Source: a virus (lineage: Duplodnaviria > Caudoviricetes). From it: a DNA stretch of 64,000 nt. Numbering within the stretch: the first letter of the stretch is position 1; each line of letters begins with the position of its first letter. The position numbers were made by a program, and so were the translations under genes. The stretch covers positions 1 to 64,000 of the IMG/VR virus record IMGVR_UViG_3300021400_000062; one strand, 5' to 3'. Of this stretch, positions 30,756-39,851 are shown one piece after another. The notes beneath the pieces are model-generated. The model did no database searches and was not told the DNA's origin. It worked only from the letters and a program-made list of their open reading frames with translations.

Positions 30756-33700
30756 TTATTTAAAGTATCTTACAAGCATTGAGTGGAATGTCATCTTATG
30801 ATTAAACCCACTTGTTCTTGATAGCCTTAAATGTATCCAAGGATTTCTCATTCTATCCATTCCATAGTTGCTATTAGAATCTCTCGGTATATCAACCCTC
30901 CTTATCCTGAATTTTTGCTTGTAGTTATTTGGCATAAACTTGTCTTCTGTTATATCAGAAGAGCCATACTGATATTCATTCCAAGCCTCAATCTTGCTGA
31001 ATGGTATATCACTTTCTATAATCTGCCTTGTATCTACATCATTATCACTATCTGTACAGTCTGCTATATATTCAAGATTTGTAAATACCTTATCAGTAAG
31101 AGGTTCTGGATTAATCCTATAATCAATGCTATAATTGTTAAGATAGCTTCCACCAAACATCTTATAGAATGAATTACCATATAGTGAATATGTTTCTCCA
31201 CCAAAGTTATACATTAATGGAAACTCATACTCATTATCAAAGAAAGATGTAAACGATTGCAATATTTCATTATATACAATACAATTGCTTTCGTTGTTGT
31301 GAACATGTCTCATTATATATATGTCCCCACGGTTGCTATCATATTGTAATACAATAGCATTTCCAAGAGAACCACCTCCCCACAAATTGTTGTATGATTC
31401 AATATTTCTAAACCATACAGACATTCCAGCTGCTGTTGATATATCAGCCAACCCATCTTTACCAATTCTTATGAGAGCCCTATTCTCATCATCAATAAAG
31501 TATATACCTGACTTTGCATTGACTATGCTATACTTGTTATTACAACCATAGTTTCTCGTGATGTATGTGACACCATCAACCTTACCACTATTTGCAAGCT
31601 CAATAGGAAGCCCTTGTTCTGTGCTAATCTGTGTTCTATTGTTGAAGTTTATAGCAAAGATTGCTCTGTCTTGGAAACCTATTAGTGTGTCATTGAGCTT
31701 TTCTATTGCATTTATCGGTCCATAAGAACCATCAACATTCTTTATATTTGAAAGAGTTGCAGAAGTCCAAGTATCTATCTCTGATACACCTTGCTTGTTG
31801 AGAGACCAAGCAAACTGGTTCGGAAAACTTTTATGGTCAAATCTCTCATCAAGAATGTTGTATTTGAATATATTGTTTTGTTGGCTATACACATCATTCA
31901 TAAGACCAAAGTTTGTTGGCCTTGCGTTAAGTTGATTTGTATAACCTTTGTTAATATCACATCTACCATCAAGGTTTATATGTGTTTCAACCATAAATGA
32001 TACTATATCAACAACGGAGTTTTCATCTTCTTCAGTTGTTGGATAAGTTCTTAAGCACTCCCAATTCTTGTAGTATGTATCTCCATTTGTTTTATCTACA
32101 GTATTGTCAACATTAAATATATCACTTATTGGAATCCATTTAATATTTGATAAACTATTTCCATATAGTTCATTTACGGTGAGTTCTCTATAAAGCTCTC
32201 CAATAAAAAGATATGAAGTAGTATTTTGATTTCTTAATCTATCTGTTTGTCTATTACCTCCTTGGTCTGCCACATATATAGAATCATCTGTTATAACATT
32301 TGATACATATGAACTTTCTATATATCTCGTACCATTTGGGTCGTACCAATCATATACATAAGTGTTTGGTACCAACGAGTTGTATATAGAATTCAATCTC
32401 CACCTTTTCTCTAAGTCTAAGAACTGTGAATTCTTATCATCAAGTGGCGTATACCAATATATGCTATTTGATGGTATTGATGGTAATACCATTTTATTTG
32501 TATCTATTATGGCGTGTTTTCCAGTATTGTATTTTATTCTTATAGGATTATATGTAAAACCTCGTAAATTTTTCCGAAGAGATGAATGGTCATAATAATT
32601 AACACTATTTTTTGTTTCATATGCAACAACGGTATCATATTTACCATAATAAGACTTACCGTTATTTAATTTTACCAACTCATTATCATTAAATATAGAA
32701 TACTGTATATTGTTTGTATATTCAAAATAACTTGTATTCTTGAAGTAATAGTTTTTGTCAGATGATATATAGTTTGAAAATACCTTCCTGCTTAATATAT
32801 ACTTATTTTCAAGTGTTGAGTCAGAATTATTTACATAAATCAAACTACCAGACCTTTGCCAAGGATATATTTGTAGTGAATATATGGTATTGTCAAAATC
32901 AATATTATATAAATAATCGCTTATTAGTTGGATTGTATTATTGTTATCAATTATTTTCTCATTAATAGAATATTTGTTTGCTTCAACATTATTTACATCT
33001 ATTCTATAATCAGAGCGAAACCTATCTATATTTATTATACCAACTATTCTAAATTTAAGATTTGAGCTATTGTTTATATAGTCATTATATGTTATTTCCG
33101 GTGAGTTAAAATTAAGTATTGATTCATCTATATAAAAATAGTTTTTCTTCTCATTAACATCTTGCAATATTAACGATTCGTTGCTTGAAATTGGTGCTCT
33201 AATACCATCATCCTCACCAATAGCACCAGAGTCTTTTAGTGAGAACTGTATTTCAGCCCTGCCGTCTGCATATTTTTTATATGTATCTGTTGATGTATAA
33301 CAAGTATCAACATTAACACTCTCCATATGCCTATTAAAAGCTCTCCCGCCTCTCGGTCTTGACACCCAAGAAGCTATAGAAAAAGGGCTATTATTATACC
33401 TGTCGTAAATATTAAATACTGTGGGATTTATTACACCTTGAGCTATAACATTTCTTGTTGATTCAGATGTTTCAGCAATAAGTAATCTATAGTTTACTAT
33501 ATTGTTGTTATCAAATACTTCATTAAGCTCACTAATAGAAGATGGCTCAGTATTTATATATATCGTTGAAACAAATGTTCTCTGAGAGTCATTTATTGGC
33601 GGCATGTCTTCAACCAATAAATTTTTCACAAATATTGGTTCGGACCATTCACCTGTATTATACTGCAACTGAACAGCAATCTTATACCACTCATTGTTCT

Positions 33701-34742
33701 TATATGTTCTATCAACAGATTCTATTGGAACATATTTAATATCTACTATTTGTTGGAAGTAGTGAGCTACAGTATCTTCAAAGTCTTTTTTACTACCGTT
33801 TGTCTGTATGTTACCAAGAAACAGCACACCATCCTTATCTTCAATAGTTGATGCTATAAATGTATCACCACCTATATAATAAAGTAACGATGAATCTATC
33901 GAAGCTTGAGCTATATTGTTATCTATCACTCTAACACTTGTGCCATCAATCTTGTAATCACCAACTATCTGAGCATCGATTGGACCATCAATAGAACTTC
34001 TCTTTGCAGAATACACTCTTACATAATCAAAGCTTGTATCAAGATTGGAAAGCTCAAGAATAAATGACAGGTTGACTATTTCATCAGCCTTTCCACCCCT
34101 ATCTTTAAATGATATATACTGAAGGTCCGTTGCAGCAACAATCTTTGTTTCTTGACCGAGCTTGTTGTAATATGATACAAAATACTGTATTACACCAGCT
34201 GGAAATTTGCCATTTCCACCATATTGTTTTGTTACGCTTATAGATGGAAAATCATTAACGGTTGGTAAGAAATCAAAACTATCTGGCTGTGTTTCAGCCA
34301 TAATATTGATTACCCTATTAGGATTTACACCATCAACCCAGTATACTTTTATGATATCATCACGCTCATAAGAGCCTACGGTTTCTACTGGTTTTGAGAA
34401 ATTGAAATAACCATTAGCAATCTCATTTATTACAAGTTTATTGCCTTCTATATAGCACCTGTAAATCCTATCGTTACCGTCTTGCTTTGTAAATAAGATA
34501 AGATATTTATCTATAATACACTTCCCTATATATGCACCAAGTATTTCAGATTGGCTATTATTCTCATCTACTATTTCTATCTTACTTACACCCTTTTCAT
34601 TAGTAACAGAAAACAGCGTGTTGTCATTAACCGCTGTAATTCTTACATTAATATTCTTGAATGCAAACTCATCCGAGGCCTTGCTAATTGATTCATCTTG
34701 CCTCATTCCTCTGTTTCTGAACTGAACAATCTTCTGTTCCAT
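30756..34742 (-). CDS. Tail muzzle / tail stabilization protein (beta-propeller)
   Basis: N-terminal GMRQD.SISK...FAFKNINVRI; VYWVDGVNPNRVIN; GDTY...LRTYP; C-terminal RMRNPWIHL; crAss synteny. Confidence 0.8.
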   Translation of the reverse strand: MEQKIVQFRNRGMRQDESISKASDEFAFKNINVRITAVNDNTLFSVTNEKGVSKIEIVDENNSQSEILGAYIGKCIIDKYLILFTKQDGNDRIYRCYIEGNKLVINEIANGYFNFSKPVETVGSYERDDIIKVYWVDGVNPNRVINIMAETQPDSFDFLPTVNDFPSISVTKQYGGNGKFPAGVIQYFVSYYNKLGQETKIVAATDLQYISFKDRGGKADEIVNLSFILELSNLDTSFDYVRVYSAKRSSIDGPIDAQIVGDYKIDGTSVRVIDNNIAQASIDSSLLYYIGGDTFIASTIEDKDGVLFLGNIQTNGSKKDFEDTVAHYFQQIVDIKYVPIESVDRTYKNNEWYKIAVQLQYNTGEWSEPIFVKNLLVEDMPPINDSQRTFVSTIYINTEPSSISELNEVFDNNNIVNYRLLIAETSESTRNVIAQGVINPTVFNIYDRYNNSPFSIASWVSRPRGGRAFNRHMESVNVDTCYTSTDTYKKYADGRAEIQFSLKDSGAIGEDDGIRAPISSNESLILQDVNEKKNYFYIDESILNFNSPEITYNDYINNSSNLKFRIVGIINIDRFRSDYRIDVNNVEANKYSINEKIIDNNNTIQLISDYLYNIDFDNTIYSLQIYPWQRSGSLIYVNNSDSTLENKYILSRKVFSNYISSDKNYYFKNTSYFEYTNNIQYSIFNDNELVKLNNGKSYYGKYDTVVAYETKNSVNYYDHSSLRKNLRGFTYNPIRIKYNTGKHAIIDTNKMVLPSIPSNSIYWYTPLDDKNSQFLDLEKRWRLNSIYNSLVPNTYVYDWYDPNGTRYIESSYVSNVITDDSIYVADQGGNRQTDRLRNQNTTSYLFIGELYRELTVNELYGNSLSNIKWIPISDIFNVDNTVDKTNGDTYYKNWECLRTYPTTEEDENSVVDIVSFMVETHINLDGRCDINKGYTNQLNARPTNFGLMNDVYSQQNNIFKYNILDERFDHKSFPNQFAWSLNKQGVSEIDTWTSATLSNIKNVDGSYGPINAIEKLNDTLIGFQDRAIFAINFNNRTQISTEQGLPIELANSGKVDGVTYITRNYGCNNKYSIVNAKSGIYFIDDENRALIRIGKDGLADISTAAGMSVWFRNIESYNNLWGGGSLGNAIVLQYDSNRGDIYIMRHVHNNESNCIVYNEILQSFTSFFDNEYEFPLMYNFGGETYSLYGNSFYKMFGGSYLNNYSIDYRINPEPLTDKVFTNLEYIADCTDSDNDVDTRQIIESDIPFSKIEAWNEYQYGSSDITEDKFMPNNYKQKFRIRRVDIPRDSNSNYGMDRMRNPWIHLRLSRTSGFNHKMTFHSMLVRYFK

Positions 34743-34752
34743 ATCTTAAATA

Positions 34753-35451
34753 TTAATGTTTGTTATAGAATTCCTTACTGCCAGAATCTGCATATCCCCT
34801 ATAATGTGAGAACTTTCTTGGAAGAAGAGAGTTCATTATATTACCGATGCTTTCCATCTCATCAAGTGAAGGCATCTTGAATTCATTACTGCATTGTGCA
34901 ACATTAAAGCAATAATCCCTTTCAGCCCTATCAAGAACATGTTCGTTTATTTCTCCAACATCAAACAAGTCTGTATATCTCTTCCACTTAATATATGATT
35001 CAAGAGCTCTCTTATATTTCTCATTATCAGGTATAAGTGGCATTCCGCAATCATCAAGCTCTATTGCTTTGTAAGCTACCTCTATTGTACCTTGTCTCAT
35101 TGGAGAAAGATAGATAACCTTCCCTCTTATAGTATATGTATATGGTACAGCATTAGTTTTATTTTCACTCTTATAGAACTTGTCTGTCGTGCTTCTAAAA
35201 TATATAGGAGCTTGTTGATTGTTCGAGAATGTTCTAACCTGAATTATATCATAGTAATCTTCCGGAAGAACAGCCCGGTATTCCTTAACCTCAAGAGTTA
35301 CAAGCTTATCTTCAAATGTTTCTGCTATACCAAGAACTCCTTGAAACTCAACTGTCCAATCAACTATTGTTTCATCTGTAAGAGAAGCAAGAAGTTTATG
35401 ATTCTTGATTCTCCCTATCATTTCATTTAAGCTTATTGTATTTGGTTTCAT
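34753..35451 (-). CDS. Tail ring (tube/adaptor) protein
   Basis: RAVLPEDYY, YKAIELDDCGMPLIPDN motifs; position before the muzzle gene. Confidence 0.7.
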   Translation of the reverse strand: MKPNTISLNEMIGRIKNHKLLASLTDETIVDWTVEFQGVLGIAETFEDKLVTLEVKEYRAVLPEDYYDIIQVRTFSNNQQAPIYFRSTTDKFYKSENKTNAVPYTYTIRGKVIYLSPMRQGTIEVAYKAIELDDCGMPLIPDNEKYKRALESYIKWKRYTDLFDVGEINEHVLDRAERDYCFNVAQCSNEFKMPSLDEMESIGNIMNSLLPRKFSHYRGYADSGSKEFYNKH

Positions 35452-35453
35452 AT

Positions 35454-35972
35454 CTAATGTATTTTTATTATTGGTATAGCATCCATCTCTCCAGCCATCT
35501 GATATTGTCTTGTTTTTAGCTTAAGACTTCTTACCGGTTTGAAATCATATATTGACTTATACTTGAACTTTGCATCACTCTTATACCAATATACATAGTA
35601 ATCATATTCTGTTGGCAGCTTTACAAGTATTTTATCTTTATATGCTTGTTCATCTTCTCTCCAAAGTTTTTTGGTTCTGCCCCAATCAACTGAATATGTA
35701 TTTGTTATCTTTCCGTTCTCAAATTCAAGCTTCTTTTTTATTTTTCTTGCACCAAGCGAACCAAATCTACATGGCAATATAACCATTTTTCCTCTTGCGA
35801 GTTGCTCTGCAATAAATTCATTAAGCTCTCTTACTACAGCCCTGTAGTCATGCTTGTTTAACTTGCCACCATCCTTCCTATATGCATTATATGTATCAAT
35901 GGTTTTGAATGCAGTATTATGTAAATGCTTTGTACCTTTCTTCTTTATACCTATACTACTCTGCTGTTCCAT
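35454..35972 (-). CDS. IHF/HU-like DNA-binding protein (crAss)
   Basis: Basic; LARGKMVILPCRFGSL, VDWGRTKKLW, FKPVRSLK. Confidence 0.7.
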   Translation of the reverse strand: MEQQSSIGIKKKGTKHLHNTAFKTIDTYNAYRKDGGKLNKHDYRAVVRELNEFIAEQLARGKMVILPCRFGSLGARKIKKKLEFENGKITNTYSVDWGRTKKLWREDEQAYKDKILVKLPTEYDYYVYWYKSDAKFKYKSIYDFKPVRSLKLKTRQYQMAGEMDAIPIIKIH

Positions 35973-37074
35973 TGCTTGGATTTTGTTGATTTACATATTG
36001 TTGCTTCATATTTCTTCTTACATAAGCAACTATATCACTCAGGTCGTCGGTACTATTGTTGACCGAATCTTTTGGTCTGTAGGCAGCGCCGAGAATATCT
36101 CTCAATACAAGATTAACAAGCTGACTTTGAAGTGCTTCCTCAATAGGAAATTCTCTATCCCAAGGGTCGCATATACCATCACCTTCTGGACAAGTTTTTA
36201 TCTTAGTTTGACCATCTTTTGTATACTTATAAGTACAACCGGATTGCTCATAAGCTTTATCTGGATTTTCAAATATGGAAGTAATAAAAGCTGTTGTGTA
36301 GCTTGTTATATCACTGTTTGATTTTAGGTATAACTTGTTGTCTATACCAATTGTACCAAATACTTGATTCCTTGAATACTTGCTTAATCCAGCATATGGA
36401 AACCTCTCTTTGCCGACCATTTGAACATTTCCAAAAGTTCTCATTGTTGCATCATACATGTCTGGATTGCATTCAGATGTTTCTTGTGATGCAATTTGAT
36501 ATATAGACAAATCAAAATACTTTGGAAGCTTCGAATATATCATACTGATTATATCCTGAACATCCTCTTTGCATTTTGTTGAATAGATATCTTCTATTGT
36601 TTTTGGCAATGTATCTATATCAGATATTTGTAATGCAGTATCACCGACAAGTTTATTCAGATACTCACAGAATTCATTATCTTGTTCTTCTGTTTGTCCA
36701 ATACTATTATATGCATCAACAGATATTGTGAACTCGCCAGCACATCTAACAAGAGTTGCTTTTGTATCACTGAATGTAAGAACTTCAGATAGTTTATTTG
36801 ATGACTTGAGCATATAAGAACTATCTGGATTACATTTACTATTGCAGCAAGGATTTCCAGCAGAACCACTATTTGTTGGCTCAACCTTTGCACATATTGT
36901 TTGATAGTTACTTGATGGTATCTCCTGTGCTTTATTTAGATACTTCTGCTTAAGAAGGTATGCCCTATATATATTAAGAAGGAATGCTATGTGTCTGTAA
37001 GTTAAGGTATCATCATCACTGACCTGTTTCGCAAGGTCTGCAACCATAACTATAAGCTCTCTATATGTGCTCAT
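35956..37074 (-). CDS. Tail ring protein with Cys-rich insertions
   Basis: MSTYRELI...YRAYLLKQKY N-terminus; IFENP...FPIEEAL...PKDSVNN C-terminus. Confidence 0.65.
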   Translation of the reverse strand: MSTYRELIVMVADLAKQVSDDDTLTYRHIAFLLNIYRAYLLKQKYLNKAQEIPSSNYQTICAKVEPTNSGSAGNPCCNSKCNPDSSYMLKSSNKLSEVLTFSDTKATLVRCAGEFTISVDAYNSIGQTEEQDNEFCEYLNKLVGDTALQISDIDTLPKTIEDIYSTKCKEDVQDIISMIYSKLPKYFDLSIYQIASQETSECNPDMYDATMRTFGNVQMVGKERFPYAGLSKYSRNQVFGTIGIDNKLYLKSNSDITSYTTAFITSIFENPDKAYEQSGCTYKYTKDGQTKIKTCPEGDGICDPWDREFPIEEALQSQLVNLVLRDILGAAYRPKDSVNNSTDDLSDIVAYVRRNMKQQYVNQQNPSNGTAE

Positions 37075-37088
37075 AAGATAAAAATATA

Positions 37089-37146
37089 CTTAAAGTCCTT
37101 GATAGCAAAGATATAGAATTTATCTTTAGCCACCAAGGACTTTAAG
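37089..37146. repeat. About 25-bp-arm inverted repeat enclosing a sigma-A promoter
   Basis: CTTAAAGTCCTTGATAGCAAAGATA / TATCTTTAGCCACCAAGGACTTTAAG. Confidence 0.85.
37106..37136 (-). promoter_or_regulatory. Sigma-A promoter for the ring/muzzle operon
   Basis: Minus strand TTG-20nt-TATCTTTG. Confidence 0.75.
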
Positions 37147-37164
37147 AAATTATTAAGATGCTAA

Positions 37165-38082
37165 TTAAGCAATCTTTGGAAGAGCATTAACAGCAGTTGC
37201 AATGGTTGTGAGTGTAGCCTTGCTTGCTTCTGGAGTTACAAAGATAGCATCACGCTCACTCTTCTGAACTTCATCATTGCCACCAACAAATGCATAATGA
37301 ACAGCAAGAACAGCATATCCAGTAGCATCGCTTGCATTTACATAGAGGTCTGGCTTGATGTTGTCTGGCCAACCAGCAAGAGCATTGGAGTTTCCTCTTT
37401 CACCCTTTGCAAAGAGCTCAAGGTCTGCAATCTTGTGGGTGTTAGGAATCGTTGTGTTGCCCTCTGCAAACTGCTTTGTTACAAGCCAATCATTATCCTC
37501 TGCGCCAGAAACGATTATTGGTGTTGTACCAACCTCAATTGTTGCAGTTGTTTCGGGGAAAGAACCAAGCTCCCAAGTAGGAGTAGCCTCAACAAGCTTG
37601 AAGCCAGCAGAGAAATCGGTGGATGCATCCTCAAGTGTAGCCTTGCTTGTTACCTTGCTGCCATCAACATAGATATCAAACAGTGGCTCTACCTCAACAC
37701 CTCTCTGGAGCCAAGCATTGATAGCAAGGGCCCTATAAAGGTCTGTATCGGTTGTACTCTTTGCTTTTGCAGCAATAATCTTTGTGGTAACATCCTCTTG
37801 ACCAAAGCCACGGAATGTGAGACCAATAATATACTCCTGACCAGCAATCACCTTTCCATTTTTAACCGTGATTGTAAGCTCCTTGAGCTTCTTTGTGTCA
37901 TCACCAGCAGCAACAACTGCCGCAGTACCAATTACATTCTTGATAACATCGGTGGTTTCAATCTTACCATCAGCATGAGTGATAGCATACTGAACGGCAC
38001 CAGAAGGAGCAATGTTACTACCAAGAGTAGCACCTGTCTCAAGAACGTAGAGCTGAATTACTTGATTTGTAGAAAAGTTCAT
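37165..38082 (-). CDS. Auxiliary capsid protein
   Basis: MNFSTNQV..LYV start; IADLELFAKGERG; QKSERD; highly-expressed-type codon usage like the MCP. Confidence 0.7.
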   Translation of the reverse strand: MNFSTNQVIQLYVLETGATLGSNIAPSGAVQYAITHADGKIETTDVIKNVIGTAAVVAAGDDTKKLKELTITVKNGKVIAGQEYIIGLTFRGFGQEDVTTKIIAAKAKSTTDTDLYRALAINAWLQRGVEVEPLFDIYVDGSKVTSKATLEDASTDFSAGFKLVEATPTWELGSFPETTATIEVGTTPIIVSGAEDNDWLVTKQFAEGNTTIPNTHKIADLELFAKGERGNSNALAGWPDNIKPDLYVNASDATGYAVLAVHYAFVGGNDEVQKSERDAIFVTPEASKATLTTIATAVNALPKIA

Positions 38083-38117
38083 AATACTTAAGTATTTTTA
38101 TTTGTTATAACTTTGTT

Positions 38118-38807
38118 TTATGCCCAAGCAGCTTTTGCAAGCTGTACGGCTTTGATTAAAATAGTTCTATGTAAAGATTCTGGCAGGTCTGGACAAACAT
38201 TGGTTTTATACTCACTCCAAGTAATAGAATTTGGAAGAACCCACTTATCTGGTACACTACTCTGCGTGAAGTTGTCAAGATAAATCTTTGATGGTTGTGC
38301 AAGATACCTTACAGAATAACCTTGAAGTGCTGTTTTATCATCACAATACAATTGGATTGTATCTCCAATCAATACCCTAAGAACAGTTCTTCTGTCTGGC
38401 TTCCTGAAAGGATTATCCATAGCTTTTGCAAACTCATTATGGGTGATTGCTGTTACTGGAACATAATATGATTTATTACAATCATCTCTTTTAAGCTTTG
38501 CTTGCTCATAGACTATAAACCAGCACTTTGGTTCCATGTCAGACATATCGAAGTTATACTGTTGACCACCTGTTTCAGATGAGTCTATGGTATAGTTTGT
38601 TTGATATGTAAGCTTTTGAAGATATTGCATAACCTCTTCATTAGCTTCATATGGCCCAGAACTACCAGAGTATAAATCTTTTATTACCAGCTCTTTAGCT
38701 TGAGTTAACAATATACTCTTCTCCAAGGAGTTAAGTCCCGGAGCTTGATTTGATTGTATATTGTTATAGAGTATATCGAACTCTACGCTAAATTCATCGG
38801 CTGACAT
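38118..38807 (-). CDS. Tail ring / head-tail adaptor protein
   Basis: EFDILYNNIQSNQAPGL..EKS..LT.A start; CPDLPESLH..I...AV.LAKA end. Confidence 0.7.
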   Translation of the reverse strand: MSADEFSVEFDILYNNIQSNQAPGLNSLEKSILLTQAKELVIKDLYSGSSGPYEANEEVMQYLQKLTYQTNYTIDSSETGGQQYNFDMSDMEPKCWFIVYEQAKLKRDDCNKSYYVPVTAITHNEFAKAMDNPFRKPDRRTVLRVLIGDTIQLYCDDKTALQGYSVRYLAQPSKIYLDNFTQSSVPDKWVLPNSITWSEYKTNVCPDLPESLHRTILIKAVQLAKAAWA

Positions 38808-38813
38808 ATAAAA

Positions 38814-39794
38814 CTACTTTAATCTACCTTGAATAGAAAACAGGATTTCCTGATTCTTTGGATTTGAAACATATCTTGCTGCTACTGTAATGGTAGGATT
38901 TTCATCCTTTCCACACATGGGAGTATTGTTGTAATAGTAGTAATCACCACGAAGTTCAACAACATTTGACTCAACAGCTTCCTTGAGCAAGGCTTTATAC
39001 TGAAGAAGAGGGTCTGTTACTACACTCAAGAATTCTCTTGCATTTGATTCAATCAAATCAGATACTCTATTCTGCAAATACTCAAGTTGTATATCACCAC
39101 CAACTCTTTCTCCGGTCATAGATTCAAGTATAGATTTCAGAACATTGGGTTTGCTTTCAATCTTGAGATATTCCTTCCAGCATTTTGACCTTGTTGTAGC
39201 CTTCTCTGCATTTGCTGTATATTGCTCCTTATCAGATACAAGCACATACTTATAGGTTGCTTTTGGCATCAACTTAAGCTCTTCAAGTGACGGGCAGATA
39301 GTATCTGTATTCATAAGAAGAATCTTATAATTGATATATCCCATTGGTGTTGAAAGGTCAAGCACCGTTCCCTTCTTTTGTACTATAACCTGTCTGTTTG
39401 TCCAGAAATTTTCTTGTGGTCTCTTGTGAATACTCAAAGCATTTGGCTCAAGCCCCATATAATCTTCAAGAAAATCTTTCTCAAGTTTTGTAAGAGGATT
39501 CTTGAGTTCTCCATTCCTGAGCTTTGGTACAACAAATGTGGCTGTAGTCCCATCTGCCATGCCATCAGAAAGAGGGTGATTGCTATCTGTAATCCACTCA
39601 ATTTTCTTCTTTACAAGCACCACATTTACAAGTTCTTTTCTCAGACAATTTACAAGCTCTTCATCATTAACTGTTTCGGTCTTTTTTCTCCTACCAGCTT
39701 TCTGTTTTGTCTCTTCCTTTTCAGTTGTTTGAACCGGCTCGAACTGCATTTCGAGGTCTTCTGGTTCCATAATCAAATTAACTTCTTCTCCCAT
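38814..39794 (-). CDS. Conserved crAss protein downstream of the major capsid gene
   Basis: 326-aa ORF; ENFW...LDLSTP..YI.YK; synteny. Confidence 0.65.
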   Translation of the reverse strand: MGEEVNLIMEPEDLEMQFEPVQTTEKEETKQKAGRRKKTETVNDEELVNCLRKELVNVVLVKKKIEWITDSNHPLSDGMADGTTATFVVPKLRNGELKNPLTKLEKDFLEDYMGLEPNALSIHKRPQENFWTNRQVIVQKKGTVLDLSTPMGYINYKILLMNTDTICPSLEELKLMPKATYKYVLVSDKEQYTANAEKATTRSKCWKEYLKIESKPNVLKSILESMTGERVGGDIQLEYLQNRVSDLIESNAREFLSVVTDPLLQYKALLKEAVESNVVELRGDYYYYNNTPMCGKDENPTITVAARYVSNPKNQEILFSIQGRLK

Positions 39795-39813
39795 TTTCTA
39801 TTCATTTATTGTT

Positions 39814-39843
39814 AAATAAAAGGGGTGAGGGTTACTCACCCCT
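39814..39843 (-). terminator. Intrinsic terminator after the major capsid gene
   Basis: Minus strand AGGGGTGAG-TAACC-CTCACCCCT followed by TTTATTT. Confidence 0.85.
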
Positions 39844-39851
39844 ATATAATA

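Noticed and set aside
6678-33739. Numerous 60-175 aa ORFs opposite the giant genes
   Set aside because: They are fully nested antisense or off-frame ORFs with Ser/Leu/Phe/Ile-biased composition typical of shadow frames.
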